Source: Chiloscyllium plagiosum (taxonomy: Eukaryota). From it: a stretch of DNA of 64,000 bases. Position 1 is the stretch's first letter, and every line of letters starts with the position of its first letter. The notes below the pieces were generated by a model. It was not told the DNA's origin and did not search any database. It was given only the letters and a program-made list of their open reading frames with translations. A program made the position numbers and the translations under genes. This document shows positions 63,665 through 64,000 of the stretch, piece after piece. The stretch lies in the NCBI RefSeq assembly GCF_004010195.1, contig NC_057718.1, positions 33,751,851 through 33,815,850 of the forward strand. The letters are read 5' to 3'.

Positions 63665-63862
63665 GAGATTTATATTTATATAGTGCTTTTCACAACTACC
63701 AGATATCTAAAACTGCATCACAGCCAATGCAATACTTTTGAAATGTATTCACTGTTGTAATGCAGGAAACATGACAGATTACAGTATTTGTGTCCAAACC
63801 TACACAAACTTCAATGTGACTATCATCAGATAATCTGTGACATTTTTTGGGAGATAAATATA
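63665..63862 (-). mobile_element. Deu-domain SINE remnant
   Basis: tatatttatatagtgcttttcacaac...cagccaatgcaatacttttgaaatgtattcactgttgtaatgcaggaaac...cagataatctgt...gggagataaata. Confidence 0.72.
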
Positions 63863-64000
63863 GTTTTTAATTTTAATTTACTAATAAATTTATTCTGTAC
63901 ACAAATCAGAGTACTTTGCAGAATAATTTTCAGTGAATACTAAATTAGATTTTCACAGGTGGTAAAGCAGAACCTCTGATTTTAAAAAAATTCTGAGGTC

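Overview
This is vertebrate nuclear DNA, almost certainly from an elasmobranch (shark), judging by the HE1-type V-SINEs with (AATCT)n tails, HER1/CR1 LINEs and SacSINE1-type Deu-domain SINEs. It is not prokaryotic, and nearly all entries in the ORF track are retroelement debris or noise. The window lies inside one + strand host gene, THADA. Three consecutive in-frame coding exons are visible (20804-20893, 24469-24600, 58385-58553; all AG/GT-flanked; missed by the ORF track), separated by introns of about 3.6 kb and 33.8 kb. The introns hold more than 15 decayed CR1/HER1 LINE pieces (one near full length at about 27.8-32.5 kb), about 9 HE1 SINEs, 3 Deu-SINE remnants, a decayed Gypsy LTR element with a 5-bp TSD, and two Penelope-like (GIY-YIG) elements. 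The most interesting signal is a dense set (about 13 copies, at least 3 sequence families) of short non-coding elements, often fold-back, frequently bounded by 13-15 bp target-site duplications. They carry minimal type-I hammerhead ribozyme cores (CUGAnGA-stemII-GAAACGUH). The same motif and the same inverted architecture occur in the coding Penelope copies, which suggests a non-autonomous, ribozyme-bearing Penelope-mobilised system (retrozyme-like) seeding a host intron. Smaller rearrangements are also readable: a 22-bp micro-inversion, a 434-bp templated insertion into a SINE, and a 129-bp tandem duplication. Family names come from recalled consensus features, not database searches, and repeat boundaries are approximate unless TSD-defined.
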